Assembly (NCBI RefSeq): GCF_964204645.1
Contig: NC_134031.1
Coordinates: 18,297,910 to 18,361,909 of the forward strand
Direction: 5' to 3'
From: Tubulanus polymorphus
Taxonomy: Eukaryota; Animalia; Nemertea
Length of the DNA stretch: 64,000 bases
The notes under the pieces are model-generated. The model saw only the letters and a program-made list of their open reading frames with translations. It did no database searches and was not told where the DNA came from. Below, in pieces: positions 39,601-53,200 of this stretch. Every line of letters starts with the position of its first letter. Position 1 is the first letter of the stretch. Both the position numbers and the translations under genes were made by a program.

Positions 39601-39971
39601 CAAATACATATACAAAGGAAAAATACTTTTGATAAAATACTTTCGTACAAAAAATGAGGATTTAATTTACTTTTTTCTAGGGAGCTTTATTTCAAACGCA
39701 GTTCAAGTCCATTGACACAATTATCAATACTTATATATGAAACATATAAACCTCAAATAAAGAAAAATGATTTGATCACAAATATACATTTCATATAAAC
39801 AGGATACATGTACGGTTTATATGATTTTTTTTGATGAGTGAGCGATTATATCACAGAGATATTTTGACACTTACCAAACAGCACCAGAATAGTGAATATA
39901 CAACGGGTATCATCGCTTACGAGTCGACGCCGACGACAGCAGCTGCTATTCAGCGGCCACCACTGCTTCAT
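33675..39971 (-). CDS. Type I membrane protein with two CUB domains (~329 aa)
   Basis: Minus-strand exons 39971-39875, 38761-38532, 38194-38111, 37739-37652, 37554-37415, 34844-34652, 33946-33836, 33721-33675 sum to 990 nt. CUB motifs CGG...FTSPNYP..FP.NSQC, SSPAYPLNYP, GFKAQF, RGFDLTF; TM IILGSALGVLAVLVLVIGLVC; tail ...FQHERF*. The first exon is the least certain. Confidence 0.75.
36127..37002 (+). CDS. BTBD19: BTB/POZ + BACK domain protein, BTBD19-like (291 aa), nested antisense in an intron of the CUB gene
   Basis: Single uninterrupted ORF. LINNKDMSDIKFLIG...VYAHRCLLSARC is a BTB N-terminus resembling BTBD19, followed by a BACK-like region with no Kelch or PHR domain. Acceptor ttttttcAG at 36109 just before the ATG; AATAAA at 37053. 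Confidence 0.85.
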   Translation: MAGVDEKTMFGDTSSFALQMKRLINNKDMSDIKFLIGPNRKPVYAHRCLLSARCDVFRAMFLDQAKNKESQDVPFVMSDISMEIFMPILEFIYTNAVTLSSKNAVDVLGSALEYGMDDLRKLSVRYLIENLSINTASEAMQAAVTYGQDELREKALNYTENNTSGVFKTKGFHEMSEDALSVVLDSDQLQLDELDILNAVREWATVNSVVLSKPVNEVAKKVIWNVRLALLSPDELAKVEKENEKDHMVPVELMSMAWRFHALRKPDKKNAFTKRRKGTTLRDSHKGLENL

Positions 39972-41247
39972 CGTTTATCCCCTTACGACAAATAGTTTCA
40001 TAGTAAAAAATTCCTACAAAACTTCTCCATAACTGTTAATAAAACGCGTAAACTCCTTATCGACGGTTGAATAAGTGACCGCTCTATAGTTTGGTATATT
40101 ATAGTACTATCAGTTCTGAACAGCGCTATGAAACAGTACGCCCCTTAATTTCAGAGTATAATATTCAATAGTAGGTCACAGTAGAGATATCAGACAAATG
40201 CGCTAATGACGTCGTCTTTTATTGCTGTGACCAATAGTTTTTATCTAACCTTTCAGCTTTTATGAATCGATAGAGTTTCGACACAGTGAAAAACCCCCGA
40301 GGAGAATTTGTTTATTTCAACATCGATTGAATAGACACGTTGAAATATTTGGCAGCGAGTCATTTTTTATCGGCGACTAAAAATAATTATCTGGTTTCGG
40401 TTCGAAAATGATCGTTTCTATATACATGTAGTTCAATGTGTGAAAATAATATGGTAGTCACAGTTTTTATGGCATTACAAAAAAAACTTATACATGTATA
40501 GATGAAGGACGGTTGGTTACTATAAGTAATACACTTTTATCAGATACATATTGTACACGACCCTTTCAAGAAAATATGGCCGCCTTCAGAAATCTCCCTA
40601 TGACGTCATCTGATTTGCCTCTGCGACCAGATTCATCAACTACTCTGGTAAGTGTACTGCAATTATCTAGACCTCGCCATTTTGTTATCGATGACGTCAT
40701 AGGTTGAATAAAGGAAGGCGGGCATTTTACAATAACATGCAAGATAAGCCATCAAATATACACGTATCTTAGTTTATGATTAACAGCATACATGTATTTC
40801 TCAACGGATGTGAAATCTCTGACACCCGATCGTCGTAAAAATTCTTATTCGATCCAGTTTCACAGTTGTGAATTGTGAAATGAATTCTCAATCAACCGTT
40901 CACAAACGCACGGCTGCTTTATTATAAAAATTGCACTTTTTGAGCAGAGAAAGACACTCAAAAACAAAATATTCTCTATTTATTTTCCATTGATCTTTAA
41001 CTTTCACAGTCTTATCGTAGCTTTCTGGGGTATTCGTGTAACCTGACGAATGGTACAAAGCGGCCGAAAAGATTTCGTGATGGATTACGAAGTAGGCACC
41101 CAACGACCTGCACTTCGGTATATATCCACATATACAGGATCAAAATAGAAATTCAAATTAACTACAACTGTAGAACTGGATAGGTACAATAGATATAAAG
41201 ACAATAAAAGATATTTCTTAAACATTCTTCAAGATAATAAATAATGT

Positions 41248-44200
41248 TTATCGTAGTTCTAATTGGCCACTGGTAAGCGAGTAATACGCTCCTTTCACAG
41301 CCAGCAGTTCCTGGTGAGTTCCGAGCTCCACTACTCGACCGTGATCTATAACGGCGATGACGTCAGCACCTTGTACAGTCGACAGACGATGAGCTATGAC
41401 GATACACGTACGACCTTCTTTAGCTCGATCGAGAGCCGTCTGAACGATCTATATTGAGCAACAAGTAGAAAAATTATTGAAATTTTTATGAGAAAAAAAT
41501 AAATCACGATAATGTAATATATAAACCCCACACAAATAATCCAATATCAAGCTCTTTGTTTCCCATTTGAAGGAGTTAAAATCCCTAGTTTAAATCAGTT
41601 CATATTTTCCCATTTTCAATAAGTAAACTTTAGAGGCAAATCTTAACCGAAAAGCTGTGGAACTAGGTCCAGTTTTTGTCGTAATTTTGAATGTTTTCTT
41701 TGGTATGAAGAAAATTGAAATGTTTTGATTTTTGAATTGACAGGGTACGACACTAAGCTAAATTCAAATTCACCAACAAGTAAATAAATAAATAATCACT
41801 TCCAATTCAAGCATTATTGTTCAACACAATAAAGTAATTAAAACAGTTATCAACGTACCCTTTCATTTTCTGTGTCGAGAGCTGACGTGGCCTCGTCAAG
41901 TATGAGTATAGGCGGGTTACAGATTAAAGCCCTGGCTATAGCGACTCGCTGTTTCTGACCTCCAGATAGCTGCGTTCCCTTCTCGCCGACCATCGTTTCA
42001 TAACCCTGAATACATATCACACAAATATCAGCGACATTTCAAAAGTGACACATAAAATAAGTCTTAAACTGAATAGAGCTCCACAATTCTCTGTTAAGAT
42101 TCAACTGTGTATTTCAAATAGACTGTGTGTTGTTTAAAAGTAGCCAGTCTCATTGCATTCTAGAGCCTGTTTCAGAAACAAGTTGATCGTTTTGTAAGTG
42201 TTGGCTATCATATAACTAATGAAATCTTTAGTTGTTCTTTGAAGTGCATGTGACTCTGTTTTTTCTTTGGAGAAGGGGCCGATTGGTCCATACCGATTCC
42301 GGAATTCTCTTCTGGCGCGTTCCGACCAGAATACACTCTAAGTATTCCAGAATAGCGTAATCTGTAAACCTGATAGAAGCGGCCGGTAGAGAGTGTGATC
42401 GGGAATTGATATTCCTAAACCGGAATATGTTCAATCGAAACCTACCCATGTCTTGTTATAATTCAAATTCAATAACTTCGTGATAAAACTAACGAATTAA
42501 CGTAACGTTTACCTCGGGCAGAGCGGTGATGAAATCGTGGGCGTTGCTCATTGTTGCAGCGTTTTCAATCATATCCTGAGTCCACGGCGGCTCCAAACCG
42601 TAAGTTATATTCTCAGCAATAGTTTTATCGAACAGCACTGGTTCCTGGCTGACCACGGCAATACGCGACCGCAGAAACTGCGTGTTCAACGATCTGATAT
42701 CAACACCGTCAACGAGCTGAAGAAAATATTATCAATATGAATTTGAATATGAATTTCATTTCTCAATAAATATTTTTAAATCGTGTACATAATTACAATA
42801 TATAGCATTGACAGAATATGATTTATTGAGAGGACACCCCCAAGTCGAAAGACTGTACCAAATGATGGGGGGGGGGCAATTATCAGAAATGTCATTATAT
42901 AACATCCGAGGAATATTGAATAATTTTGAAAATGTGCGCCCAAAAACTGAGATCCACAATAAAAGACTCATCATCCGTCAGAAATGGCTGCAGTATCTAT
43001 GAACCCATGGCTTAAAGCTCGAAAGGTAGAAACTATTATTTCCCTATCATCCCTGTCTTAAGATAATTGACACAAAAAAAAACAATTGTATTTGAAAGAA
43101 TAATGAATAGTTGAACATCTTATCATATTCAATAACTTGATTGTATATATTTTATTTTATTATATTTTATTTTTATTTAACTTGAGAAAAAATGTCTCTT
43201 TATAGGAACTTGTACTATTGAATTACTACTACTATCATCATTATTATTATTAACATCGATTGTTGTGATTATATTAATGAGGATATAAGAAATGAACTGT
43301 AAACTAAACGTACTATACTCCCGTCGGCAACATCGTAAAGTCTTTGTAGTAACGAAACGATCGTACTTTTACCGCAGCCACTGGTTCCGACTAAAGCCAT
43401 CGTTTGACCCGATTTTACTTGAAACGATACTTTATCTAACACTGTCACGTCGGGACGCGTCGGATACTTAAAACACACGTCTTTATACGTCACTTCGCCA
43501 TGTATCTTATCCTGAAAAACAAAACAGCAGAAACATTTAGGGCCCGAAAAGAAAGGATGCAAGGTATTTGAGTTGGAAACTAACTAATATTTTTTTTGGA
43601 TATTGAATCCTCGGGACCCTGGGTAAGTCAACTAAAAATACATTAAAATACTGCTCAGTACAACCGATGAAACTTAGCTAAATACAATTATCAAACTTCG
43701 TAGAAGAACTAACCATAGTCGCCCCATCTTCAGAAGTGTTATCTATTTTCGGTTGTGTATCTAGCACTTTGATAATCATTCCGGCGGCAAGTTTCGCTTT
43801 AGAATAATCGGGTAACATCGACGATGCTTGACCGACCGATAAACCGGCGAATGCTACGGCGAAAAATACCCTAGAAATACATAAAATACAGATAATAGTC
43901 AACGACGGCACTTCGGAGTCACCCGCCATCGATGTCGACTCGCTCCTCCCGCTGCTACCGCCCAGTTAATGGAATTAGTCATAACCACGGGAATCCCGCG
44001 AATGACGTCATCGAATATCAATGAGGAAATCCGCTGCATATCATTTATAAAATTTCGGATAAAAAGCTCATTAAAACGTCTCCTATTCAGTGTCTGGATG
44101 TGGTGAGTAAATCAATGTTTTAATAATCTTCTATTACAGGTGGAAATTCAGTTAATTCGATTAATATTGCGTTGTTTGCTTCAATTTGTATGTTGTTAAT

Positions 44201-47200
44201 CGTTTATTAGAGAGGAACTCAGTCAGAGCGAGAGCGAGCGGCTCCCGGGCGGGTCGGCCAGTCTGTGCATATTCCATCTCCTGCCGTCAGAATACACATG
44301 AGATATTTCATAGTTCTATAAGGGCTGCATTTTTAAAAACATTTTTGCTGCTACTGAATAACAGACACTGACAGCAGAATCAGAATATATGGCCGCCGCC
44401 TTTATAAAAGCCAACACAAAGAATCGGCCTAGGCCTACTTGTTGAGGAGAGCTACCAGCTTTTGATTGGGAATTATCTGGATCTTTTTTTGCACCTCGAC
44501 TCTCTGAAGTCTTTGTCCACTCTATGAAAATACAATGAAGGTGGTATTCTGTGTTGGTTCCCCCTATAGAGGCTAGTCTCTCCTCCGTAGAAACTGAACT
44601 CAGACAATCTTCAGTTAGGAATTTATAAAATAAACACTTTTTTATCTTCAAATAGTTTCCTGTCAGTTTAAACGACCTGCACATTGTACATTTGTTTAAA
44701 TGAACTTCATGTTTTTCTACACGAGTGACTGAATGGCTGAAGAGATTAGAGGAGGAGCACTTCTTAAAAATAGCATTCTTGGTTTTTAAAGTGCACTTAT
44801 TAAAAGTACCTCCCTGAACAACTTCTTGATTTGAAGCTGTTTAGTTTAACTAGTGCCTTCCACAGCCCCCACTGCAATACAAGAATCTTGATCTCGAAGT
44901 CTAGACTAGAACTGCTGGTTGTCAGGCAAATATTGATCTAATTATCTTAACGAGAACTAGTGTCTAATTGATATGCTATCAGTGTCTCTCCCCCTCTTCG
45001 TTTCCCCACCGGCACCTTGGTCTATGGTTGTTGGTATTACGAGGGAGGAATGTGACTTTTTCTCACACAATACTTCAATAGATTATAATAGTAACTCTCT
45101 CAGCTGTGCTTCTGCTGCTGCTGCTGCTGCTGCGGCTGCTCTATATACTGCGTAAAGAGTGAATGACTCATGTATGTTTTAGAGCATTTTACTGATGATT
45201 ATAGCAGAAAGCAACAGATTCAGTCAGGAGAGAGAGAGAGAGTCAGTGTCGATAGGATTTAATTTATCTGCAAAATCACGGATTTCGATATTTGTGTTTA
45301 GTAAAGGTACGTGTATATGTATATAAAACGATACTGCAGTACACTCTATCCAGTATTGACTGAGGTAAGATCAGTAATAAGAGATGATACTGTCTGCGTC
45401 TGCTGTCTACAGGTGTTTCACCGAGACACGGCTGCTGTACCCAGTTCTACAGTCTCCAGTTGACTATGCTGTAATAGTCGTAATACGCAGACTTGTACAA
45501 GGAGAGAAGAGGGTTTAGTGAGGGACGACGGGTGAAAATACCTCTATTTCCGATGTACTGCTTTGTACTCTGGGTATAAGCTAAACCCTTTCAACATTTA
45601 ACTTTCAAGCATATTTTCAACTCGAATGCTTCGATGTCAACAGTAACCTCAGTTTTTTTAAATCTATGTCTGTGTTCGTGTATTTTACGTATGATTGTCA
45701 TGTTGTATATGATTGCTCTATTACTGTCACTGTATATTGTGTTCTGTATCGCTCTCGATTACCGAGCTCTCCTCGTATAATGTGTTTTGATTACGAATCC
45801 ACATCCGCAAATTAATTAATCAGACAACACATTATTGATAATGTGAAAAAAGAATGTTTTATTCGGAAGTACGCAGTCGCTGCTGTATGTCTATATTGTG
45901 AATACCTTTGAGAATAGCCATGTATAATTACTCAGCAGTAGCTCTGCCCACCGGGGGTCAGTCTATTTATCTGTGTAGCAGGCCGTGTCTTCTTATGTTT
46001 GACAACTTTTCAGTTCTTAGAGTCTGTTGACCTAGTTTCATTTGAGAGTTCAACTAAAATTAATTATTTGTTTCTACCATTTGATTGAAATTAAACTATT
46101 TTAAAGTGAAACCCCCGTGTTCGTATATCTGAATCCTGTCTGATGCCAATTTTGTGTCTATTCTAATTAGTAGTTATGATTTCGCTAAAATTGATGTTTG
46201 AACAGCTTGTCGTCATTATAACTCCAACTATCGGATATGATATGATGATGAGGTGCTCTACACAGCCTACCTACTGGTAGCATACACAGCCACGATTGAC
46301 ACTGTTTTTTATGTTTACAGGTGTCTGAAGTCTGTGATTATGATCTCTAAGTGATTGCGTTGTTGATGATGTTATGATAAGCTGTTATGGTAAGTACTGA
46401 TAAAACATTGGTGTTTTGGTATCTGAATCAGGTGAAGAGATGAGACCTGGCCGGACCCGACCCGACCCTGGCTATATTCCTCAGGAGTTGACGAACATAA
46501 GATGCCTGCACTATGTTTCATTCTGCATTCATTCTGTTATTGTGGCTGCTGGAAGTACCAAGGCTTCAATCTCCCTCAAAAAAAGAAAATCAACCTTAAT
46601 TTTGGTGTAATTGACTCTGGTAGGGGTAGCAGATATTATATAAGGGGTGGCTGATTTTCAAAGGGATGGATGTAAAAATGAAAGGGGCGGCCGCTCCTCT
46701 CTAAACTTATTGGGGAGGAGAACACTGGATGGCTCGACCTTGTAGAAACTGTGCCCTCTATTAGTGGCCCAGTTCGGGTATTAGAAGTGAATTTTTCATA
46801 AGAGATACTCCAAGGTCTCATGTGGTTCTCATGTTGTGTCCGAGCTAAGTAAATAGGAAGAAAAGCATAATTTTTCAGTGAGTTTAAATGATCTATGATC
46901 TATGATCAGTTTACTGTGTTCCGTAATAGCCGAGAAATTGGCAGTAATATTTTTATGTGATTAGCGTTGGAACTATTAATGACAATAAATCAGTTAACGT
47001 TTTTATATAAATCCTGATGACCCTCGAATCACAATGCCTAATGGTAGTTTATTTATAAGCGTGTTTATACAAATCCAAGACGTTCCTGCTGAAAATAGGT
47101 CATCGCTAGAAAGAGAACTATAGATATTTCATTTCTGGCTATTCTTTTATGAGGTGTTAAGTGTCATTATTTTTATTTTGAACGACACACTCTACGTGGC

Positions 47201-50200
47201 TCAGGGCGCCGTAGTGCGCAGTACTGACTGGCTCTCTGTTTTTAGGTCTGTTCGTTTGTCTCTGCCGTATGTGGAATATTACTGATATTTACAGGTAAGA
47301 AGCAGAACTCAGATCAGATGATCTAACATCGATTTGAAGTCTAGATTCTATTAGCAATTACACCCTGTATACAGTACATGTGTTATCTGACATTGCTGCT
47401 TCTAGGCAATGTAAACCAGTAAACAAGCTAATATTGGAGTAATTCCTCTTATTATGAAACTCTACGCACTGTCTGATAAAGGCACTGGTAATTAATAATA
47501 TGGCATCTTGCAGCAATCAGGATTGAGAATTCCTTCACAAAGTCTTCAAGGATTTCATCCCTAAATAATATCTGTCTATTAGACTGGTAAGGCCCGTGGC
47601 GTAGTTTTAACCATTTCGTCAAAACAGGGAGCGCAGACCGGGTCATGCGAGATATTCCAGGTACTACTGATACAGCTCTGGTCATTCTAGTAAGAGATCT
47701 GTGAGTCTTGGGTTCGAGATAAAGGTTCTGGGGCCACAAGACTGTTTCAGAGCTTTAAGACCAGCCTTAAGCCATCTGAGTTATATAACCAATCTAAGAC
47801 CAGTGCAACCGAGGTCGCAGTATGTACTCAATAAGTTGTGAGATTATAAGATCCCTGGCAAGAGATAACTCTTGGGTCTTCTGGCATTCTTATAGGTTGT
47901 GATTGATGACATCTTCAACTATGAGTAACGAATGAAATCAGATAATATTCAGGTCAGATTTCTATTTTCTGGGTCAATTTAGAGCATTTTACATTCATGA
48001 GAGCCCTAAACACGCAAATTAATTTCAGTGTTTGTTATAAACACCTCTCTAGTAGAGCTATGTAGAACTTAAGGTATTTTTTATGCCTGGCCAATTAAAA
48101 GTAGATATTTTTTTAGGTTAGTAGGGTTTGTTGTTCGTCTGTTGAACAACAAATCTTTGTATGAATTCTGTTGATTGAGAGGGGCAGGGATGAACGAGTG
48201 GAAAGTATAGTAATATTAGTGTGTATTAATAGTTGGTTTATGGTGTTTGTGAAGGGAGGGGGAGAGGGAGAGTTGTGACTCACAACTTCGGATTTCAGTT
48301 TCTGATGTAAAAAACAATGTTTACCTCTCGCTATAGTCTCCCCCTATCTCCATCTCCTACAGTCTGTCATAGAATGATGGATTGAGAGTCTGATAATCAT
48401 AGAATCTTTACTAGAAAATTTGAGACCCTGGACAAAAAAAAAATAGTTCTAAAATATTCTATACAGGGTACGAGAGATAAAGATGTAAGGACAGGGAGAG
48501 GAAGGCAAGAGTGCATCGGCCGATTCTGGTGCCATAGCAAACAATATGTATATACTTGTTGATTCATTGAATTGTATTTTGAAAAATGAAACAAGTTGAT
48601 GTCAAGTGCCCTTTTTTGCTCATGGTTTGACATAGACAGTGCCCTCCCCCATATTAGTGAATTTTGCCCTTATACAATATAAGAACCCATCATATAAGGC
48701 TGCTGGTGAGGCACTGACTGTGTCGTGTCAGGGAGGTCCACCTCCCTGGTTGCGTTAACCGTGTCCAGCAGCAGACGCATAGCGACTAAGTCGTGTTAAC
48801 CGTGTCCCGACTATTTGCTCATTCTCATCTCTGATGATGTCATATTCTCCCAATATGAATAACGAGAGAATCGCTCGGATAAAGATTGAGATCTGCCCTT
48901 GATCTACTTTTAAAAATCATCGTCATCTTCTTCACTGCTGCTGCTGCTGCGATGACTCAATCTTCTCAGATTCAGGGCTGTAGAAATATTCTATTTATCA
49001 CAGTTTTCTTTCTGTATCTCATGAAAAGAGTAATGATTCCGATTGATAAGAGAATTCAAGCTCTCTCCTCTCTCTGTGAGGTTGACAAGTTTGGAATGTA
49101 AAGATTCTGAATCAATCAATTCTCGTGTAAATATATTGATGCTGCTGCTGCTGCTGCTGCAATAGGGTACGGTCACTATCAGTCAAACCATTGTTAGGTT
49201 AATACTTCTCTATTTACAAAATGAAATCATATGCAGCCTCTTGAGCTCAGGAGACCGTGACCATCAGATCCAGCGGTATTGTGGCGGCGTTGAGACCTCT
49301 ATGATCAGTTCATCTCCTGTGGGGTGAGCCTGGGTGATACATGCCTCTATATTTGTAGAGAGGGCTGTAGGGTCTACAGTGATGATTTCTGTGTATTTGT
49401 AGAGAGGGCTGTAGGGTCTACAGTGATGATTTCTGTTTGTGTATTTGTAGAGAGGGCTATAGGGTCTACAGTGATGATTTCTGTGTATTTGTAGAGAGGG
49501 CTGTAGGGTCTACAGTGATGATTTCTGTTTGTGTATTTGTAGAGAGGGCTGTAGGGTCTACAGTGATGATTTCTGTTTGTGTATTTGTAGAGAGGGCTGT
49601 AGGGTCTACAGTGATGATTTCTGTGTTTGTGTATTTGTAGAGAGGGCTGTAGGGTCTACAGTGATGAGTTCTGTGTTTGTGTATTTGTAGAGTGGGCTGT
49701 AGGGTCTACAGTGATGATTTCTGTGTATTTGTAGAGAGGGCTGTAGGGTCTACAGTGATGATTTCTGTGTATTTGTAGAGAGGGCTAAAGGGTCTACAGT
49801 GATGATTTCTGTTTGTGTATTTGTAGAGAGGGCTGTAGGGTCACAGTGATGATTTCTGTGTATTTGTAGAGAGGGCTGTAGGGTCTACAGTGATGATTTC
49901 TGCGTATTTGTAGAGAGGGCTGTAGGGTCACAGTGATGATTTCTGTGTATTTGTAGAGAGGGCTGTAGGGTCTACAGTGATGAGTTCTGTGTTTGTGTAT
50001 TTGTAGAGAGGGCTATAGGGTCTACAGTGATGAGTTCTGTGTTTGTGTATTTGTAGAGAGGGCTATAGGGTCTACAGTGATGAGTTATGTGTTTGTGTAT
50101 TTGTAGAGAGGGCTGTAGGGTCTACAGTGATGATTTCTGTGTATTTGTAGAGAGGGCTGTAGGGTCTACAGTGATGATTTCTGTGTATTTGTAGAGAGGG

Positions 50201-53200
50201 CTATAGGGTCTACAGTGATGATTTCTGTGTTTGTGTATTTGTAGAGAGGGCTTTAGGGTCTACAGTGATGAGTTCTGTGTTTGTGTATTTGTAGAGAGGG
50301 CTGTAGGGTCTACAGTGATGATTTCTGTGTATTTGTAGAGAGGGCTGTAGGGTCTACAGTGATGATTTCTGTGTATTTGTAGAGAGGGCTGTAGGGTCTA
50401 CAGTGATGAGTTATGTGTTTGTGTATTTGTAGAGAGGGCTGTAGGGTCTACAGTGATGATTTCTGTGTTTGTGTATTTGTAGAGAGGGCTTTAGGGTCTA
50501 CAGTGATGAGTTCTGTGTTTGTGTATTTGTAGAGAGGGCTGTAGGGTCTACAGTGATGAGTTATGTGTTTGTGTATTTGTAGAGAGGGCTGTAGGGTCTA
50601 CAGTGATGAGTTATGTGTATTTGTAGAGAGGGCTATAGGGTCACAGTGATGATTTCTGTGTATTTGTAGAGAGGGCTGTAGGGTCTACAGTGATGATTTC
50701 TGTGTATTTGTAGAGAGGGCTGTAGGGTCTACAGTGATGATTTCTGTGTATTTGTAGAGAGGGCTATAGGGTCTACAGTGATGATTTCTGTGTTTGTGTA
50801 TTTGTAGAGAGGGCTTTAGGGTCTACAGTGATGAGTTCTGTGTTTGTGTATTTGTAGAGAGGGCTGTAGGGTCTACAGTGATGATTTCTGTGTATTTGTA
50901 GAGAGGGCTGTAGGGTCTACAGTGATGATTTCTGTGTATTTGTAGAGAGGGCTGTAGGGTCTACAGTGATGAGTTATGTGTTTGTGTATTTGTAGAGAGG
51001 GCTGTAGGGTCTACAGTGATGATTTCTGTGTTTGTGTATTTGTAGAGAGGGCTTTAGGGTCTACAGTGATGAGTTCTGTGTTTGTGTATTTGTAGAGAGG
51101 GCTGTAGGGTCTACAGTGATGAGTTATGTGTTTGTGTATTTGTAGAGAGGGCTGTAGGGTCTACAGTGATGAGTTATGTGTATTTGTAGAGAGGGCTGTA
51201 GGGTCACAGTGATGATTTCTGTGTATTTGTAGAGAGGGCTGTAGGGTCTACAGTGATGATTTCTGTTTGTGTATTTGTAGAGAGGGCTATAGGGTCTACA
51301 GTGATGATTTCTGTGTATTTGTAGAGAGGGCTGTAGGGTCTACAGTGATGATTTCTGTTTGTGTATTTGTAGAGAGGGCTGTAGGGTCTACAGTGATGAT
51401 TTCTGTTTGTGTATTTGTAGAGAGGGCTGTAGGGTCTACAGTGATGATTTCTGTGTTTGTGTATTTGTAGAGAGGGCTGTAGGGTCTACAGTGATGAGTT
51501 CTGTGTTTGTGTATTTGTAGAGTGGGCTGTAGGGTCTACAGTGATGATTTCTGTGTATTTGTAGAGAGGGCTGTAGGGTCTACAGTGATGATTTCTGTGT
51601 ATTTGTAGAGAGGGCTAAAGGGTCTACAGTGATGATTTCTGTTTGTGTATTTGTAGAGAGGGCTGTAGGGTCACAGTGATGATTTCTGTGTATTTGTAGA
51701 GAGGGCTGTAGGGTCTACAGTGATGATTTCTGCGTATTTGTAGAGAGGGCTGTAGGGTCACAGTGATGATTTCTGTGTATTTGTAGAGAGGGCTGTAGGG
51801 TCTACAGTGATGAGTTCTGTGTTTGTGTATTTGTAGAGAGGGCTATAGGGTCTACAGTGATGAGTTCTGTGTTTGTGTATTTGTAGAGAGGGCTATAGGG
51901 TCTACAGTGATGAGTTATGTGTTTGTGTATTTGTAGAGAGGGCTGTAGGGTCTACAGTGATGATTTCTGTGTATTTGTAGAGAGGGCTGTAGGGTCTACA
52001 GTGATGATTTCTGTGTATTTGTAGAGAGGGCTATAGGGTCTACAGTGATGATTTCTGTGTTTGTGTATTTGTAGAGAGGGCTTTAGGGTCTACAGTGATG
52101 AGTTCTGTGTTTGTGTATTTGTAGAGAGGGCTGTAGGGTCTACAGTGATGATTTCTGTGTATTTGTAGAGAGGGCTGTAGGGTCTACAGTGATGATTTCT
52201 GTGTATTTGTAGAGAGGGCTGTAGGGTCTACAGTGATGAGTTATGTGTTTGTGTATTTGTAGAGAGGGCTGTAGGGTCTACAGTGATGATTTCTGTGTTT
52301 GTGTATTTGTAGAGAGGGCTTTAGGGTCTACAGTGATGAGTTCTGTGTTTGTGTATTTGTAGAGAGGGCTGTAGGGTCTACAGTGATGAGTTATGTGTTT
52401 GTGTATTTGTAGAGAGGGCTGTAGGGTCTACAGTGATGAGTTATGTGTATTTGTAGAGAGGGCTATAGGGTCTACAGTGATGATTTCTGTGTTTGTGTAT
52501 TTGTAGAGAGGGCTTTAGGGTCTACAGTGATGAGTTCTGTGTTTGTGTATTTGTAGAGAGGGCTGTAGGGTCTACAGTGATGAGTTATGTGTTTGTGTAT
52601 TTGTAGAGAGGGCTGTAGGGTCTACAGTGATGATTTCTGTTTGTGTATTTGTAGAGAGGGCTAAAGGGTCTACAGTGATGAGTTATGTGTTTGTGTATTT
52701 GTAGAGAGGGCTGTAGGGTCTACAGTGATGATTTCTGTTTGTGTATTTGTAGAGAGGGCTGTAGGGTCTACAGTGATGATTTCTGTGTATTTGTAGAGAG
52801 GGCTGTAGGGTCAGTTCTGTGTTTGTGTATTTGTAGAGAGGGCTTTAGGGTCTACAGTGATGATTTCTGTGTATTTGTAGAGAGGGCTGTAGGGTCTACA
52901 GTGATGAGTTATGTGTTTGTGTATTTGTAGAGAGGGCTGTAGGGTCTACAGTGATGAGTTATGTGTTTGTGTATTTGTAGAGAGGGCTATAGGGTCTACA
53001 GTGATGATTTCTGTGTTTGTGTATTTGTAGAGAGGGCTGTAGGGTCTACAGTGATGATTTCTGTGTATTTGTAGAGAGGGCTATAGGGTCTACAGTGATG
53101 ATTTCTGTGTATTTGTAGAGAGGGCTATAGGGTCTACAGTGATGATTTCTGTGTATTTGTAGAGAGGGCTGTAGGGTCTACAGTGATGATTTCTGCGTAT

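Noticed and set aside
48825-48870. Hammerhead-like CTGATGA plus hairpin
   Set aside because: Lacks the GAAA core after stem II.
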